From Eutreptiella sp. 'Long Island Sound 2002' (lineage: Eukaryota; Protista; Euglenida), in the NCBI GenBank assembly GCA_964036045.1, contig OZ038379.1:10974001-11038000 (forward strand): a DNA stretch of 64,000 nt. The letters run 5' to 3'. Under the pieces are notes generated by a model. The model was not told where the DNA came from. It made no database searches and saw only the letters and a program-made list of their open reading frames with translations. The translations under genes and the position numbers were made by a program. Of this stretch, positions 49,470 through 63,671 are shown piece after piece. The stretch's first letter is position 1. Every line of letters starts with the position of its first letter.

Positions 49470-51050
49470 ACTGCTGTTAGTCGCGTTGTTGGTGGGTAGT
49501 GACGAGGAATGTGGTGTGGTGGTGGGGGGGGGGGGGGGGGAGGCATTTTTCTGGTGGTGGGGGTTGTAACCACAGGTTGAATCTGGGCCGGACGTCTGGG
49601 GCAAGGGGAAACAGGCTATGAGCACTCGGGAGTCCCCATTGGCCTACGTCCACCGTTGCCTCTTCTGTCAGGCCCTCTTCTCGCTGTGAGTCACGTTGTT
49701 GGTGGGCAGTGACGTAACGTGGTCTGATGGATGGGTGGGGGGGGGGGGTGGCGCAGTTTTCTGGTGGTGGGACTTTGGAAATGGAGACATTGTGACATGT
49801 TGGTTGACTCCAAATGATTCATGCTGCACAGGGCATGTTCGTCGCTCGCTGGCACTTTCAGGTGCACAGTGCAGGTGCCAGAATTGAAATGGGAATGGGA
49901 GAGCCCTGTGACACGCTGGTTACCCTAAATGATTCATGCTGCATAGGGCCGGCTTGCTGCGCGATGGCTCATGCAGGGCGTAGTGCGGGCAGTCAAATCG
50001 ATTGAGTGGCATCCTACGGTTCGTTGAGTCCAAATCATTCACGCTGCACTAGGCAGGTTCACTGTGCGCTGGCACATGCAGATGCATAGTGCAGGCACCA
50101 GTAGAAATGGGAATGGAAGAGCCCTGTGACTTGTTGGTCAACCGAAAGGTTCATGTTGCACAGGGCCGCTTTGCTGCGCGATGGCACATTCAGGGCACAG
50201 TGCAGGCATCAGAGTTGACTGAGGGGCACTCACCAGTTGGGAATGGGAGAATCTTGCGACGTGTTGGTTAACCCAAACGATTCATGCTGCATCGGATTGG
50301 TTCGCTGCACGCTGGTACTTTCAGGTGCTCAGTGCAGACATCAGAATTGACTGAGAGGCACTCAACCGCAGGAAGTGGGAACTGGTGTTAAATGAATTTC
50401 GTGACGTTGGGCAGTGATGAGGAATGTGGCGTGACGGGGGGGGGATGGCAGTTTTCTGGTGGCGGGACGCTGCAACCACAACTGAATTTGGCCCGGACGT
50501 CCGGGGCAAGGGGAAACGGGCTATGAGCACTGGAGAGTCCCCATTGGCCTACGTCCACCGTTGCTCCTTCTGTCATGCCCTCTTCCCGCTGTTAGTCGCG
50601 TTGGTGGTGGCCAGTGACGAGGAATGTGGTGTGGTGGTTGGGGGGGGCGGGGTCGGCATTTTTCTCGTGGTGGGGCTTGCAACCACAGGTTGAATCTGGG
50701 CAAGACGTCTGGGGCAAGGGGAAACAAGCTATGAGCACTCAGGAGTCCCCATTGGCCTACGTCCACCGTTGCCTCTTCTGCCAAGCCCTCTTCTCGCTGT
50801 GAGTCGCGTGAGGGGAGGGGAGGGTGGCGCAGTTTTCTGGTGGTGGGACTTTGGAAATGGAGACATTGTGACATGTTGGTTGACTCCAAATGATTCATGC
50901 TGCACGGGGCATGTTCGTCGCTCGCTGGCACTTTCAGGTGCACAGTGCAGGTACCAGAATTGAAATGGGAATGGGAGAGCCCTGTGACATGTTGGTTACC
51001 CTAAATAATTCATGCTGCATAGGGCCGGCTTGCTGCACGCTGGCACATTC
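49470..51050. repeat. Composite minisatellite block: a ~220-bp unit x3 interleaved with ~110-bp AATGATTCATGCTGCA units; 49474-49990 is largely duplicated at 50589-51040
   Basis: GTGACGAGGAATGTGG...GGACGTCTGGGGCAAGGGGAAAC...CCCCATTGGCCTACGTCCACCGTTGC and GAAATGGGAATGG.AGAGCCCTGTGAC recur. Confidence 0.85.
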
Positions 51051-53066
51051 CAATAGCTTGCGGCGTCAAAATCTTGTGTCAATAGCTTGCATCAACAGTT
51101 GGTGCCAATGTCTTGTGTCAAGAGCTTGCGTCACTAGCTTGTGTCAATAGCAGGTGTCAATAGCTTGTGTCATGGTTTGCACTGGTTTGAAAATGTGCGG
51201 CAAGCTGACTAGCGCGGAGCCAAGGGGCACCCTGGTTCATCACCCCCCCCCCCACCCACCCCCAACCCCCCAACTCCCCAAAGTTCTTGAACCCAGTTTG
51301 AGGCAATTTCAGGTTTTGGCTAATTGACACAAGCTCAGCACTGCCCTTTTGTGCAGGCTCAGTTCACAGGAGCCCCTGCAAACCGCCCAAACCTTCAATT
51401 TTGAGGGGGCTTGACACTCCCCAGCCCTGTCCCCCTCTGTGTCTGTGTCCCACTCCCCTAGTACCAGGGCTATGTCCTATGTGCCCCTGAGCTGAGCCGT
51501 CCGTACCGCATCCCCGCCGTTGACCATATCTCTGCTGGAACTCGCCTCACGCTTGACCAAACAACACATACCGCTGCCGGGGACGAGGTACCCTTTGGGG
51601 TACTGTTGGCCTTTGCATATTATCGCGAGCTCTGCCCGCTGACTAGGGGCGATTCGGTGGTGGTGGTGGAAGTGTTGGCTTTGGCATGGACTTCCTGGCT
51701 CTACTTCTGCACGGCACTGATTCCATGTGAACCCACCATCGCAGTCATGGCAGCTGTAATAAGAACGAGCGGGCGCCCTCATGACAAACCCAGTCTGTCT
51801 CCATCGATAGCCCCACCTCCTGGTGGAGACTCGACGGATGCGTTGTTTCATGGTGACTGTTGGAGTCTTGCTTGCCGGAGTTAGTGAGACTTTACGTTTG
51901 CTAAGATACTCAGTTTTTGTTTCTAGGATACACATTGGGTACGCCCTTTGGAGAGTTGGGGGACACAAGGGATGGGACACCGTAGCACACACACATTGAT
52001 ATCTTTGCAAAGAAATATCGTCGGGGGGGGGGGGGGGGAATAATTTGAAGGGGGATTTTTTTTGGGAGGCCCCAAATTAAGGTGGGAAAATTGTGGACAT
52101 TTTGGCACATAGCATCCTTAATGTTGAAGAAGATATTGGCTAGGAGGGAGGGCTTCCACACAAGTACTGCACAAGAACCAACAAAAACCACTAGTGTGTT
52201 TCAAAGCCGGCCCATCCCGCCCAAGTCTCGTTGCTTAATCAAATGGAGTTGGTGTCAATGTTACGCGGTGACGTTTCATCAGGTGAAATCCGGCCCTTTG
52301 GTCCATGCCTCATGGTAGTGATCGCCGTGTTTGTCAAGCTAGTGTGGTTGGGCGTGTAGCCCTTGTTCTTGGATAGCGATAACATGTGGCTCACGCTAGG
52401 TTTGGGTGGAGGTGGTGCAACGGCAAACCCGCTCGGTTGAACCAGCCTTTGCCCCCCCCCCCCCCCCCTCCACCCGCCCCTAGACCCTATGCTTGGGTCA
52501 ACTTCTTCTGCACACCACCAATCAACACCTTTGATGTGCAACTCGCGGAGACTCGGTGACCACAAGCTTCCAATAGCGCCTAGTACTCCGATCTCGATTT
52601 GGAATGTCCGCAAAACACAAATGGTATTGTTCTCCATGCTTCGGCGAAGTATCCGAAGCATCATCTACACATGACAAGTGAAAAAGACGAAGGCCGAGCT
52701 TTCTTGAGTTGAACACGAGCAACTAGCTTGTCTTGCAAAATTCCCGACGTTACGATCATTTTGGATCGGTTCGGCATGGCAACCAAAACCCGTCAAACCA
52801 AGTGGCCGCGGAATTCGGGTTCGAGAAGGTGAAAAGATGGCTTCTAGGACTAGAGGACTACGAAGGTCACACAACAAATGACGCGACACTACGTGCGGTG
52901 TTGGTTACCTTGAAGCTTGCCGTGTGCACTTGTTTGGCGATACCATGAACGCACTTCGTGGATCCAAACATTGTCTACATCCCAGTCTACACAACAGAAG
53001 AAAATTGGTGGCCACTCGGCGTTCCCAATGCTTTAGGACCACTTTCTTCTTGCTTTTTCATTCGTT

Positions 53067-53071
<5 letters not shown>

Positions 53072-53133
<62 letters not shown>
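53072..53133. repeat. (CT)n microsatellite
   Basis: Uninterrupted TC run of ~62 nt. Confidence 0.98.
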
Positions 53134-53135
<2 letters not shown>

Positions 53136-53154
53136 CTGCCGAAAAATCGAATCC

Positions 53155-53359
53155 AAACTATACTCTATGCATTTTGGGCGACCGGCCTACTCCCTCTAGC
53201 AAAGGAGAAGAGGGAAAGAGGGTAGACGAGTGAGAGGAGCATCGGGATCATAGAAATGCCGCAAACTATACTCTATGTATTTTGGGCGACCCGCCTACTC
53301 CCTCTAGCAAAGGAGAAGAGGGAAAGAGGGTAGACGAGTGAGAGGAGCATCGGGGTCAT
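53155..53359. repeat. 97-bp direct repeat x2 (53155-53251 and 53263-53359)
   Basis: AAACTATACTCTATG.ATTTTGGGCGACC...GAGGAGCATCGGG.TCAT. Confidence 0.95.
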
Positions 53360-56072
53360 GAAATGTCGAAGTCCTTGTTGCGAGGAACCACGTCTCCTAG
53401 TGCTCCGGATTGGGCAAGCCTATTATTCTAGATCAATGCCCACCATGTATGCGGAATTCGAGAATTATTGTAGCTACATCTCGATGGCCGAGTTTCCTAA
53501 GAGGCGAAGCACGTCAACACGTAGAAATCATTAGGAAGCTATAGCCTCTATTATGAGCCGTCACGCAAGGAGCTACACTCGCTACAGTAGTTACATTAGG
53601 AACCCTTGTTATTTAGGTCCCTCTCGTGGACGTTCTACGAAATCTATACACGAAGAAGGCAATATCCATGGGAAGGGTTACCGGCCTGAATTGTTATGCA
53701 AAGGAAAGGGTTGCATCTCAATAGTCCCAGTTGGTGAGGCCTTTTTGTGTGATATTTTGGATGTGATCACCCAAACCGGAAAAACGTCAAGAGGCAAAGG
53801 AACAGATGCTGGCTATCCTTGTGGCTAGGATGGTTGAGCATACGTAGCACGTACAAAAATATAGGCGCAAAGGAAGGCGTGTAACGCTTAAAGATTGAGA
53901 AACAACCCATTTGTGGGTCGGGAAACACTGGATGATGCAATGCACAAAGCACTCACTCATCTGTTTCAGCTTTTTGCTAGTTGAACGCTTTCTCTTTGGG
54001 TTTTGCAACAACTTGACCCCCCTTGTTTTGGTGTTGTGATTGTTGGACCTTCGTTGGCTCCCCTTGTGTCTTCATTCACTTGGAAGACAGCCCAAAGTAG
54101 TGACAAAAGTTTCGATATGCAGCACTCCTGCGATGAATTATTTCCGGATTTCCCGATATCGATTACTTCGTGTGAAAATGCAACTTATGTTCGACAGCAC
54201 ATCTAGCAAATAAATTTTCAATCGGAGAAAAAATTGGCATGCCTTCCGAATAACAAAATTTACCTGAGTAGTTGTTCTGTGCAGGCCGCGCACGCGACTC
54301 GAGTACCGTTACTTTTGGTTCACTACCACGTGTAAATCACCGTTCAGCATCTTTGTTTTTCAATATATATATCTATATATATATATACATATATATCTTT
54401 TTATTATTAGTATTTATGTACATTTTTGTGTTGTTCGTCATGGTAATTAATTGGCCATGAATTGGGAATTTAGCATGCATGGCTTCATGCATGGGCGTGA
54501 CACATTCTTTGGCATCTTCACACAACTTGACACATGTGGATGCGCCAAGTGGCGGTTGCTGACACGCAATTTCAACCCATTTTGAGGAAAATGTCAACAT
54601 TAGACAACGGGAATGCATTTGTTTATTATTTAGTCGTGTTGACACTGCAAATTGAGTTGACCAATATGCCGCAAACATGCAGATCAAGACCCGCCTTTCA
54701 AGTATTACACCTTCTCTTCGGGGACTAGGCGATGTGATCCCCCCTGGATTAGAGTGGTGGAACCCTCCCAATGGACCGGATCACAGATTGGACATGGATA
54801 TGACCCCCCACCCTCCTAACCCCCCCAAAATGGATTAGAGAAAAAAATCCAACAAAGACCGTACGCGCGTGTACTGCCATGGAAGCCCCAACCACCAAGT
54901 CTTCCTGAACTTTCCAACGTAGAGCCACGATGGGAGGCCACAAAGAGACAGGCACATGGCAAAGCAAATACATCCTTGACCATGCTAAATTTGAAAATTC
55001 CAAATTAGGTGCCCAAAGATGAACTTGCCAAGCAGCATTGGGCAGATCACTCATGAGTCATGCTATCTTTGGGGGTCTTGAAGATGATGCGAGCACTACA
55101 AAGAACAACAAAGTTCTCGATCCATAAAGCAAAACTGAAGCAAGTTCCTAATGGACAACAAATGCTTGGTTTGCAACATTGCACACGTGTACACACACCA
55201 CACACATGCACACACAACACAACAACGGTGAATGAGAGCCAAGGAGCCATGGACACCGCACACACCCCCACACAACACACGCACGGCGCACCGCAACAAA
55301 CAATCACCAAAGTTCTTGATGCACAATAAAGTTCCTCATTCATAAATGCAAAATTAATGACATGAAGACACGTTACCACGAAGCACACAAACTAATTGCC
55401 CAATGAAAGTTCTTGATTCTTCCAAAAAAAAACATAGCTACTATCCACACATCATCCACATCATCAACTTGCCACAATCCAAAATGCATCAAACGAGATT
55501 GGAGGGCTAGATTGGATTGATTGGAGGGCTAGCAGATAGCACAAAAGCAAAAGACAGTGCACATTGGACCAGGCGAAAAAAATTAGACACTCAAAAAAGA
55601 CAAGCGTGCACGCCCATAAAAATGGATCAGGGTGTTGACCCCCCCCCCCCCCCCCACTCCCCAAGGACCAGATCATGAATCGGGATTCCCCCCCCACCCA
55701 TTCGACTCCCCTTCAAAATATCCTTCAACCATCTTTGCTACCACCCAAGAAATGATGCCCTCTGCCACATCTCCACGGAAAACCTTTTGTACCTTTTGTA
55801 CCTTTTGTTGTTGCACGTCGGAAGACGTGTTGGCAAGGGTTTGGATTGTACTTGCCTATTCCTATAACCTTCTACAGATTACACGGTGGGGGGCGGCAAA
55901 CCGGGGCATGTTTATTTTGTTTATTTTGGTTGATTGGCTGGTGGTTGGTGGTTGGTATACATGACCAGTTCGCTTGCCTTTCATCGTGTTGCACGCGACG
56001 TTTTGTCAATACCTTCACACTTTCATCAAGATTTTGTGCCATGGGGTCGTGCGGATCCACTTCGTAGACCAG

Positions 56073-57392
56073 ATGGTTCATGGGCGTGCGGCATGGGTAC
56101 TCTTGACGTGGTTGTTCGTGAGCGCCTCGGCAAGCCCATTCCGATACGCCACGATCAGTTACCAACGCGTGAAGGAGCCGGGGCACACTTCTTGGCAAAC
56201 CTCGAACACGATCGAATTCTCGTCGACCTTTGCTTTTAATGCCTCGGAATTCGGGGAGGAAGACTTTGCGCCTGGGGACCCCTTTTCATACGGTGACCTT
56301 GTCATGCACTTCGGCGACGCGCAGTCAACCGCTTTTTCCAACGAAACTTGCGTCGTTACGTTGCACGATGACGTGGAGGACGTGGTCATCACGCAATGCA
56401 AGGTCACGCACACATACAGCCCCGTAGCGGTCGCGGCCTTGGACAACAAGGCCGCGGCGTACGTGGAGACGTGCTGCCGGCCGGTCGAGTTGCAGAACAA
56501 CCCGAACACCACAATGCGGATTGCCGCCGGGGTCGATTTCCGGAGCAACGCGACGTCCGGCATGGTGCTGGGGACGACCCCCACGGTGCGGATCTTCGTG
56601 CCGGTGGGGGAGCACAACTTCACGTTCACTCCGGTGCTGATGGCCGACCCCTTGGGGCGGATCCCTCACTTTCGGTTCGCCACGAGCCAAGAAATGAGCG
56701 GCAGCGCAGAGGGCTCGGGGGCCCCGGACGGCATGACCATCGACCCCGTCACGGGGTCCATCACATGGGTCAACGCCACGGGGACGGTCAACGGGGGCCT
56801 CTACAGCCTCCAGCTCGTCGTCACCGACGGCGACCGGACCGCCGCCGTGGACTTCCTCGTGGAGCTGCACCACCTCGGCCGCCGCTGCGACGACGCCTCC
56901 GGGGCCTTCGCCGGGGTCGCGTGCGGCACCTCCGCGGAGTGCGGCGCGGGCGGCTGCGCGCTGCCCGACATCCCGACGTTCGTCGCCCCGTCACCGCCCG
57001 CCGGGACGCGGTACGTGGCACTGGTGGGCGCCGCGCGCAACCTCTCCGTTGCCGCGCGCTCGCTGTCCTCGCATCCCGGCGGATACCTGGTGATGTCCCC
57101 GGGCTCAATTCCGCTGTATTTCGGGCCTCCCCGGCAAACCGGGCGCAACCCCCTGCAGCATGTCCACACGCTGTCGCCCTCTGTCAACCACACGAGCCCT
57201 GAGATCGTGTGCTGGACGGCCACGTGGGTGAACACGTCGGTGTGGGAGATGACCACGTCGCTGCCGTACTGCCTGCAGGTCCAGCCCCTACTCGCCCCCT
57301 CGTACAGCACGGCCCCGCCGTCCGTGCACGGCTCCCAGGAGTTCGCCATCTATTTCGAGGGCCAGGCCTTTGCGGAAGGCGATCTGTTTCAG
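56073..57392 (+). CDS. Large secreted/surface protein, exon 1: signal peptide, PKD-like region, He_PIG/cadherin-like Ig module and short Cys motif
   Basis: MVHGRAAWVLLTWLFVSASA is signal-like. It is followed by SPFRYATISY, YVETCCRPVELQNN, PDGMTIDPVTGSITW...YSLQLVVTDG and CDDASGAFAGVACGTSAECGAGGC. Third codon positions are strongly G/C-biased. The exon ends at CAG|GTGAGT (phase 0). Confidence 0.8.
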
Positions 57393-57928
57393 GTGAGTCG
57401 CCTCCTTCGCCTCCTTTGGCCCGTTGTGAGGGCTGCGGTGTGGCTATCCATTTAGTGCCCCTTACCCCCAAAACGTAATGCCCCCACCCCCTTCGCAATG
57501 GTGCCCCGGTCCTTTAAAAGGCATGCGTGCCCAAAAACACATGTACCCCCCCCCACACACACACTACCCCTGACAAGGTACGTCTACCAAAGGTTCCACC
57601 TACACCCTCGCTTAGCTCCCCGTAATTCGGTTTTACCACACACACACACACACACACCGCAGAAGGGGAGGGTCCAACGTTCCACAGAGGCCTCAGCAGT
57701 CCTGAGCCAAATGGGGCGTCCTGCCCAGCGCTGCACAAGGATCCACCTCTATAAGTACAGATCACACACACACACACACACACATTTCATTCCCACTCCT
57801 TTTTGAAATCATTTGCCTTTGAGTGGTTGCAATCCAGTAGGTGGGTGGGTGGGTAGGTGGGTTTGTGAAACATGGTAAGTCTACCAAAGGGCCCACCTTC
57901 GCTTAGTTCCCCTTCATCAGGTCTCAAC

Positions 57929-57934
<6 letters not shown>

Positions 57935-58000
<66 letters not shown>

Positions 58001-58109
58001 ACGCACGCGCACGCGCACGCGCACGCACACGCACACGCACACGCACACGCACACGCACACGCACACGCACACGCACACGCACACACGCACACACGCACAC
58101 ACGCACACA
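57935..58109. repeat. (CA)n / (CACGCA)n compound microsatellite in intron 1
   Basis: Directly visible in the sequence. Confidence 0.98.
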
Positions 58110-58942
58110 CCGAAAAAAAAACGAATGTAACCCGCCCCACGCACACACTTACTAACACCCAAAACAATTCAATGTACCACCCCATCCCCCAGACACACGC
58201 TTGATGTCTCTCACCCCCCAACTCAAAATAACCCCCACGTCCCACACGCACGCACACCAACGCAACCCCTTTTGTCGCGTCGCGATGCCGGTCTCTGTCC
58301 GGCTCCAGCCCAGAACCCCCGTTGCTGCCAGGGGACCATACCGGCCACACGTCAAGCCTCACCCATGTTGTGTGCAATGCTCAGAGCTTTTACAGTTTCC
58401 TGGCTGACACGGGGGATAAGTGCTATTGCACAGTGCAATTCATGGGCGCCACAAGAAACACAGCTGTTGTTGAGATAAGACGCAACGAAATGGAAGCCCG
58501 GGACCTGGGGAGCTGGTGCACACCTCCTGCCTGATGAACACCCCCCCGCCCCCGTTGTCCAACACACCGTGCCCAACGAACAGTAGGCGTTCGGACGATC
58601 TGGGACCCCGTTTGATGGGGTAATGGTTTTGAGATAACAACATTTTGGGCCGAGAACTCCGAGGGAATGGCGCAACGGATACCACGTGTCTGTGGAATGA
58701 TCGTTGTGCCATTGATGGTGAGCGGAGTTGGTGACCGGCAGGTGCTGTACGAACAACCATCACCCGTCGACCCCTGCGCCCCCCATGTCCAGCGAACACC
58801 CGGTGTTGCGACCCATTTCAGGGGGGTCGCATACAGGTTTGCAGGGCAAACGGCCCTAGGCCTGGTCAGCAGTGGCGCCAGCAGCGCTAGAACCCGTGGG
58901 GGGGGGGCTGGGTCCATCTTCCCATTGCACCGCTTTCCACAG

Positions 58943-59980
58943 CTCGTCGACGCAGCCCACAGCCCATGCGGGAACTATTCAGAGCCGTTCTACGCCGTGA
59001 CCCAGGGCATGCTCAACCCCGAGCGCACGCGCGTCGACGCCAGCGCGGTCACCCTCGAGTCCCGCCCGATGCGCGCCACGGTGTGCTACCGCTTCGGGGA
59101 CAACCCCTGGTTCGCCCTCGATGCGCCGCTCGCGATCGCGGGGCCGCACGGGTACGCGAGCGCCGAGGCCCCGGTCCTGCAGCTGCGCAACGGCACGATC
59201 GTCGTGCGCGGTGTGGGGCTGGCGGCCGCGGATCGCGTCGCGGTGGCGCTGCAGCCAGACGACGATTGCGACTCGCCCTCAGCCGCGTTCAACGTCACGG
59301 AGGAGATGGTGCTGGACGATGAGACCGTCGAGCTGCGGGACCTGCGGCTGACCGCCGGGGTATACCACCTCTGCTACCAGTCCCACACGTGGCATGCGCT
59401 GCAGCCGCCGCTCGAGGTCACCGGGACCGTCCGCTTGCACACGGTCCCGGCCGTCCCCGTTTCACGCGCCAACTTGACGCTGGTTGTCGAGGGTGTCGGG
59501 CTCTCGACCGCGGACCATTTCGCGATCGCGCTGGAGGCGGAGGAGTGCACCGCCGTCGCGCGCACCAACGTGACCAGCGGCATGTTCACCGGCGCAGACC
59601 CCCCGCGGGCCACCCTCACAATCCCGGTCTACCCGCTGGTCGCGGGCGCGTACCGCGTGTGCTACTTCTTGAAGGGGGAGCCGGACCTGTTCGAGCCCGC
59701 GTTCTCCGTCCAGGGGGTATACGGCTATGCCGTGACCCCGGCACAGCCCCAGCAGACCACCAATTTCACCCTCTCGATGCTGGGGATCAGGCTGTCGACC
59801 GAGGACACGTACGGCTTCTCGGACGAGGCCGCGGGGTGTGACTCCCTCAGTGACGGCGGCGTGTGGTCAGTGCATAGCGGCCTGCTCACGGGCTCCACCG
59901 GGTTTCTGGAGGGAGGGCTGCAGCTTCCGGCAGGACGCTACGTCGTGTGCTACAATGTGAACCGGACCGGGTGGCTGCAG
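58943..59980 (+). CDS. Surface protein exon 2: about three ~110-aa beta-rich repeats ending G-x-Y-x-(V/L)-C-Y
   Basis: TTTCCACAG acceptor; reads LVDAAHSPCG...; repeat ends ATVCYRF, GVYHLCYQ, GAYRVCYF and GRYVVCYN; CAG|GTATGG donor (phase 0). Confidence 0.85.
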
Positions 59981-62510
59981 GTATGGACGGGCCTCCTCTT
60001 CCATCTTTTCTCTGCACTTCTGCTCGTCTGCTCGCTCACTGCCTCTTCTCACTTCTCGTGATGGGCGTTCTTCGTGGGCATCGGCGGCATTCACGTTTCT
60101 TCGTGCTTTTGGACGGACCCCCCCTTGGTCCCGCTTCCGTGCGTCAGGATGGGGCGCAAAGCAGAACCACCCGCACCCGCCGGCTGCAGGAAGGGGGGGG
60201 GGTTCCGGAGCGGTTGACCGGGCAATCTCTGCACGCCAGCTATCCCTGCAGTGTCCCTCCCCTCGTGGGGTCACCGACACCCTGGCGCCTGAAACAGCCG
60301 TGCGTGCCAACTTACCACCCGGCCTGGGACTCATACTTGGGACCTCTAGTTCAAGTGTCAGGGGCATCACCAATTCGCTTTTGCGTGGGGGGGGGTCCCA
60401 TGCTAGGCAACCTTACGGCGGGGGGCCAAGAAGGGGGGGTTTTGCCATGGCATGGGAGGGTGCAATTTGTCATTTGCAATTTTTTTTCACAAAGGGTTTT
60501 TTGTGGTGCGGCAGGGCAGGAGGGCTTTATTGTGCCACCGCAGGGCAGCAGGGCTGTTTTGTGTGTTTTGTCTATGTCCCTTTTGTTTTATTGTTTTATT
60601 TATTTTGTTTTTTTTTGTGCTGCCATCGGGCAGTAGGATTATGTGAGCTGCCATAGAGCATCCATCCAGAGTGCACCAAGAAATAGCAGCAACCATCCAA
60701 AGCACACCAGGAAATAACAGAAATAACATCCAAAGTGCACCAAGAAATAATAGTAACCATCCTGAGTGCACCAGGAAATACCATGAACCATCCAAAGCGC
60801 ACCAAGAAATGTGAGCAACCGTTCAGAACGCACCAAGAAATCATGGCAACCATCCAGGGCCCTGTGGGACTAACAGTGTTTGTCCAAAGCAATAGCAATG
60901 TCCATCAAGGACTTTGGACGTTGGCCTGCACAAAGATGCAATTTTTGTGGACAATGGACAGCAATCATGCGGAAGCCTTCGGAAATAAGAAACAGTAATA
61001 CGCGGGGCAGGGGTTGTGTGGCGCCGCCGTATTGTTTTGTCCACTACAAAATGATCCCCCATTGCCCATTCGGGGTCTTGACTGGTGTGCCCAGCTACCA
61101 TAGGTTATGAGGGGGATCACATTTAGCACATATGGGAAGCAACAATGGACGATGTAGACCCCCTCCCCCTTGTCCATCTCTGCCCTTCCCCTTCAGATAG
61201 AAAAAATATTTTTTGGTTATTGTATTGGTTTCCAATCACCAGGTAGATGATTTTTGTTTACAGTACTGGCACCGTAAACATTTTTGCAGGGAGATTTCGC
61301 ATTGAGAATTAATCTCTACACCAAACATTACAAAAAATGGGAGCATTGACAGTGTGTTCGGGTTTCATTTGATCAATGTTTCCCTCCTTGCAGTTGTGCA
61401 ATTAGGGAGATGTCTTTTAAATTGTCTGGAGAATGCAACTTATAACTATCTGTCTTTTTGTGGATCTGCTTTACACATTCCCCAAGGGTTGCCAATGACC
61501 CGTCGTACCATATCCAAACAAGGTCCACATCGTGCGCTACTAGTTTCGGCTGTTGCTAGAACTGTGTTTTTCAGATACAACTCGGTGTAGAGAAAATGCA
61601 AAATCACCTCGAAGAGAGATCAAGCGTAGTTGCGGACACCATACACCCCCTTTTGGGGTGTCATTCGCGTATCCCTGACTGACTGCTTCCCTGACTGACT
61701 GACGGATTGGCTGACTGTCAGCCTCTCTTCGAGGCCCCTTGCCAAAGGCAATAGAATTTGACCGAGATTTGTCAATGTTTACAGCGCCACCGCCGTAAAA
61801 TTTTCATTGGTCATACATTTCCGTTCCAGTCAGTTGGTGCCTTGTCGTGCGCATGTTTTCAAAAAGAGTGCATTTTTTACGGCGCCCTTGGGTTTGGGGG
61901 TTTACGGCTGTACGTGTGCGTGTGGTGCACCCCAAGGCCAAAGTAGCGCATCTTCATGCAGAGCCCCCCCCCCCCCCTGCCAACCCACCAAACACCTTGA
62001 GGAGGGAGGAAATGGGCAATGATGCATTTTTGGGGACGGGGGCGGGTCCCCTCCCCATACCATGCTCCTTAGGGGGGGGGGGGGGGCTTAGCGGGGGGTG
62101 GGGCGTTTTGCCATGGCATGGGAGCCCCCGCCCCCCTGTAAACGCGAATTGGAAGGGAGCAGTGTGACAGGCAAAGACACCCGAGGGTTTGGTCGGGGTA
62201 CTGTGCAGGCATCGTTTGCTGAGGAAGTAAATTGGAGAGCGCGCGGGGAGGCGGGGGGGGGGGAGCCGAGCTGCTGGCAGCCCAGATGCATGACGACTGA
62301 GCTATGTGACCTCATTGAAGTAGAGGAAGAGGAGCAGGGGAGCGGACAGAAGAAGGAAAAGGGCGGGGGATGGGAATGGAGGGACCAGCGCACCGGGCAG
62401 GCGGTGCTGATGCGGCTCCTCAGGCTCCGCCGCGTGTGCGGGCGGCCTCTACGCCCCCCTGCCCCTCCTCGCCTCTGGCCCGTGGGGCCTATCCCGCGCC
62501 CCTCTCGCAG

Positions 62511-63671
62511 GTGGGGCCGGCATTCGTGGTCCTGGGGCCCACCGGCTATGTCACCGACCCGGCCCCGGTGCCGCAGGACGTGCCCTTCACTCTGACGGTG
62601 GCGGGGCACGGGCTTTCCGAGTGGGACCAGTGGGACGTGGTGCTGACCGCCACCGAGGCCTGCGGCGACCACGCCCGAAACGTCACGGGGGCGGGCCTCA
62701 ACGCCACCAACGACACGGTGCGCGTCGTGCTGGAGGCCCGGGACGCGGAGAGCTACACCGTGTGCTACAAGTTCCGGCACATGGCCTGGCAGGGACTGGG
62801 CGCGCCCCTGCTGGTGCGGTTCGGCGCGGCGGCCATCGGGACGGACCCAGCGCCGCTGCTCCCGTACCAGCGCTTCAACCTGACGCTGACCGCGGCCGGC
62901 CTCGCGGCCGGGGACAGGTACGCGCTGCGGTTCTACGCGGACGCGTGCCGCGACGCCGGGCCCGGCACCAACGTTACCGGCGAGATGCTCAACGGCACTG
63001 CGCTGACGGTGCCGGCCCTGAGTCTACCCGCCGGCGAGTACACTGTGTGCTATCAGCTCGGCGACCGGCTCTGGGTGCCCTTTGGGTTCCCCGACCTCGG
63101 CCCGGTGGTGGTGCGCGGCGCGGCGTACTTCCGCACCGAACCCGAGGAGGCCTCCAACCTGCTGGCCTTCACCCCGATCGTCACCGGCAACGGCATGTCG
63201 ACCGGTGACCGGTACGCGGTGGTCGGTGGTACCGGGGACGTCGGCTACTGCGAGTCGCAGCTGAGCCCCACTGGCGGGGCGCCCGCGGCTCCCGTCGACA
63301 ACACGACCGTTGTGCTCGCGGGAATGACCAAGAGCCCCGGGGATTTCACGGTGTGCTACCGCTTGGACGGGGACGTGTGGAACGCGGTGCCCCGGCGCAC
63401 CGGCGAGCACCTGATTGTCGCCGGCGCGGTCTACGCCCTGAGCGACCCTGTGCCGGTGCTCGTGAACAGCAGCTTCAACCTCTGGATCGTGGGCTTCGGA
63501 TTCGACGTGGCGGCGGACCGATACGCGATTCGGTCCGGGGCGGAGGGCTGCGCGATGGACTCCGGGGCAAACTTCTCGGCGGCCCAGGTCTCCGAGGACC
63601 GGACGCGCGTGTTCGTGCAGGGGGCGTTTGTGCCCGCCGCCGGCATGCGTGTCTGCTACAACGCCCGACAG
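62511..63671 (+). CDS. Surface protein exon 3: further ~110-aa repeats; the gene probably continues beyond the window
   Basis: CCTCTCGCAG acceptor; repeat ends SYTVCYK, GEYTVCYQ, GDFTVCYR and MRVCYN; CAG|GTAGCG donor (phase 0). Confidence 0.85.

Noticed and set aside
53360-53700. Possible helicase motif Ia-like remnant (TLVI*VPLVDVLRN)
   Set aside because: Multiple stops and only one weak motif.
57787-58377. ORFs reading CVCVC/HTHAH/VRVRV (also 52924-53233 and 63710-63892)
   Set aside because: These are translations of microsatellites.
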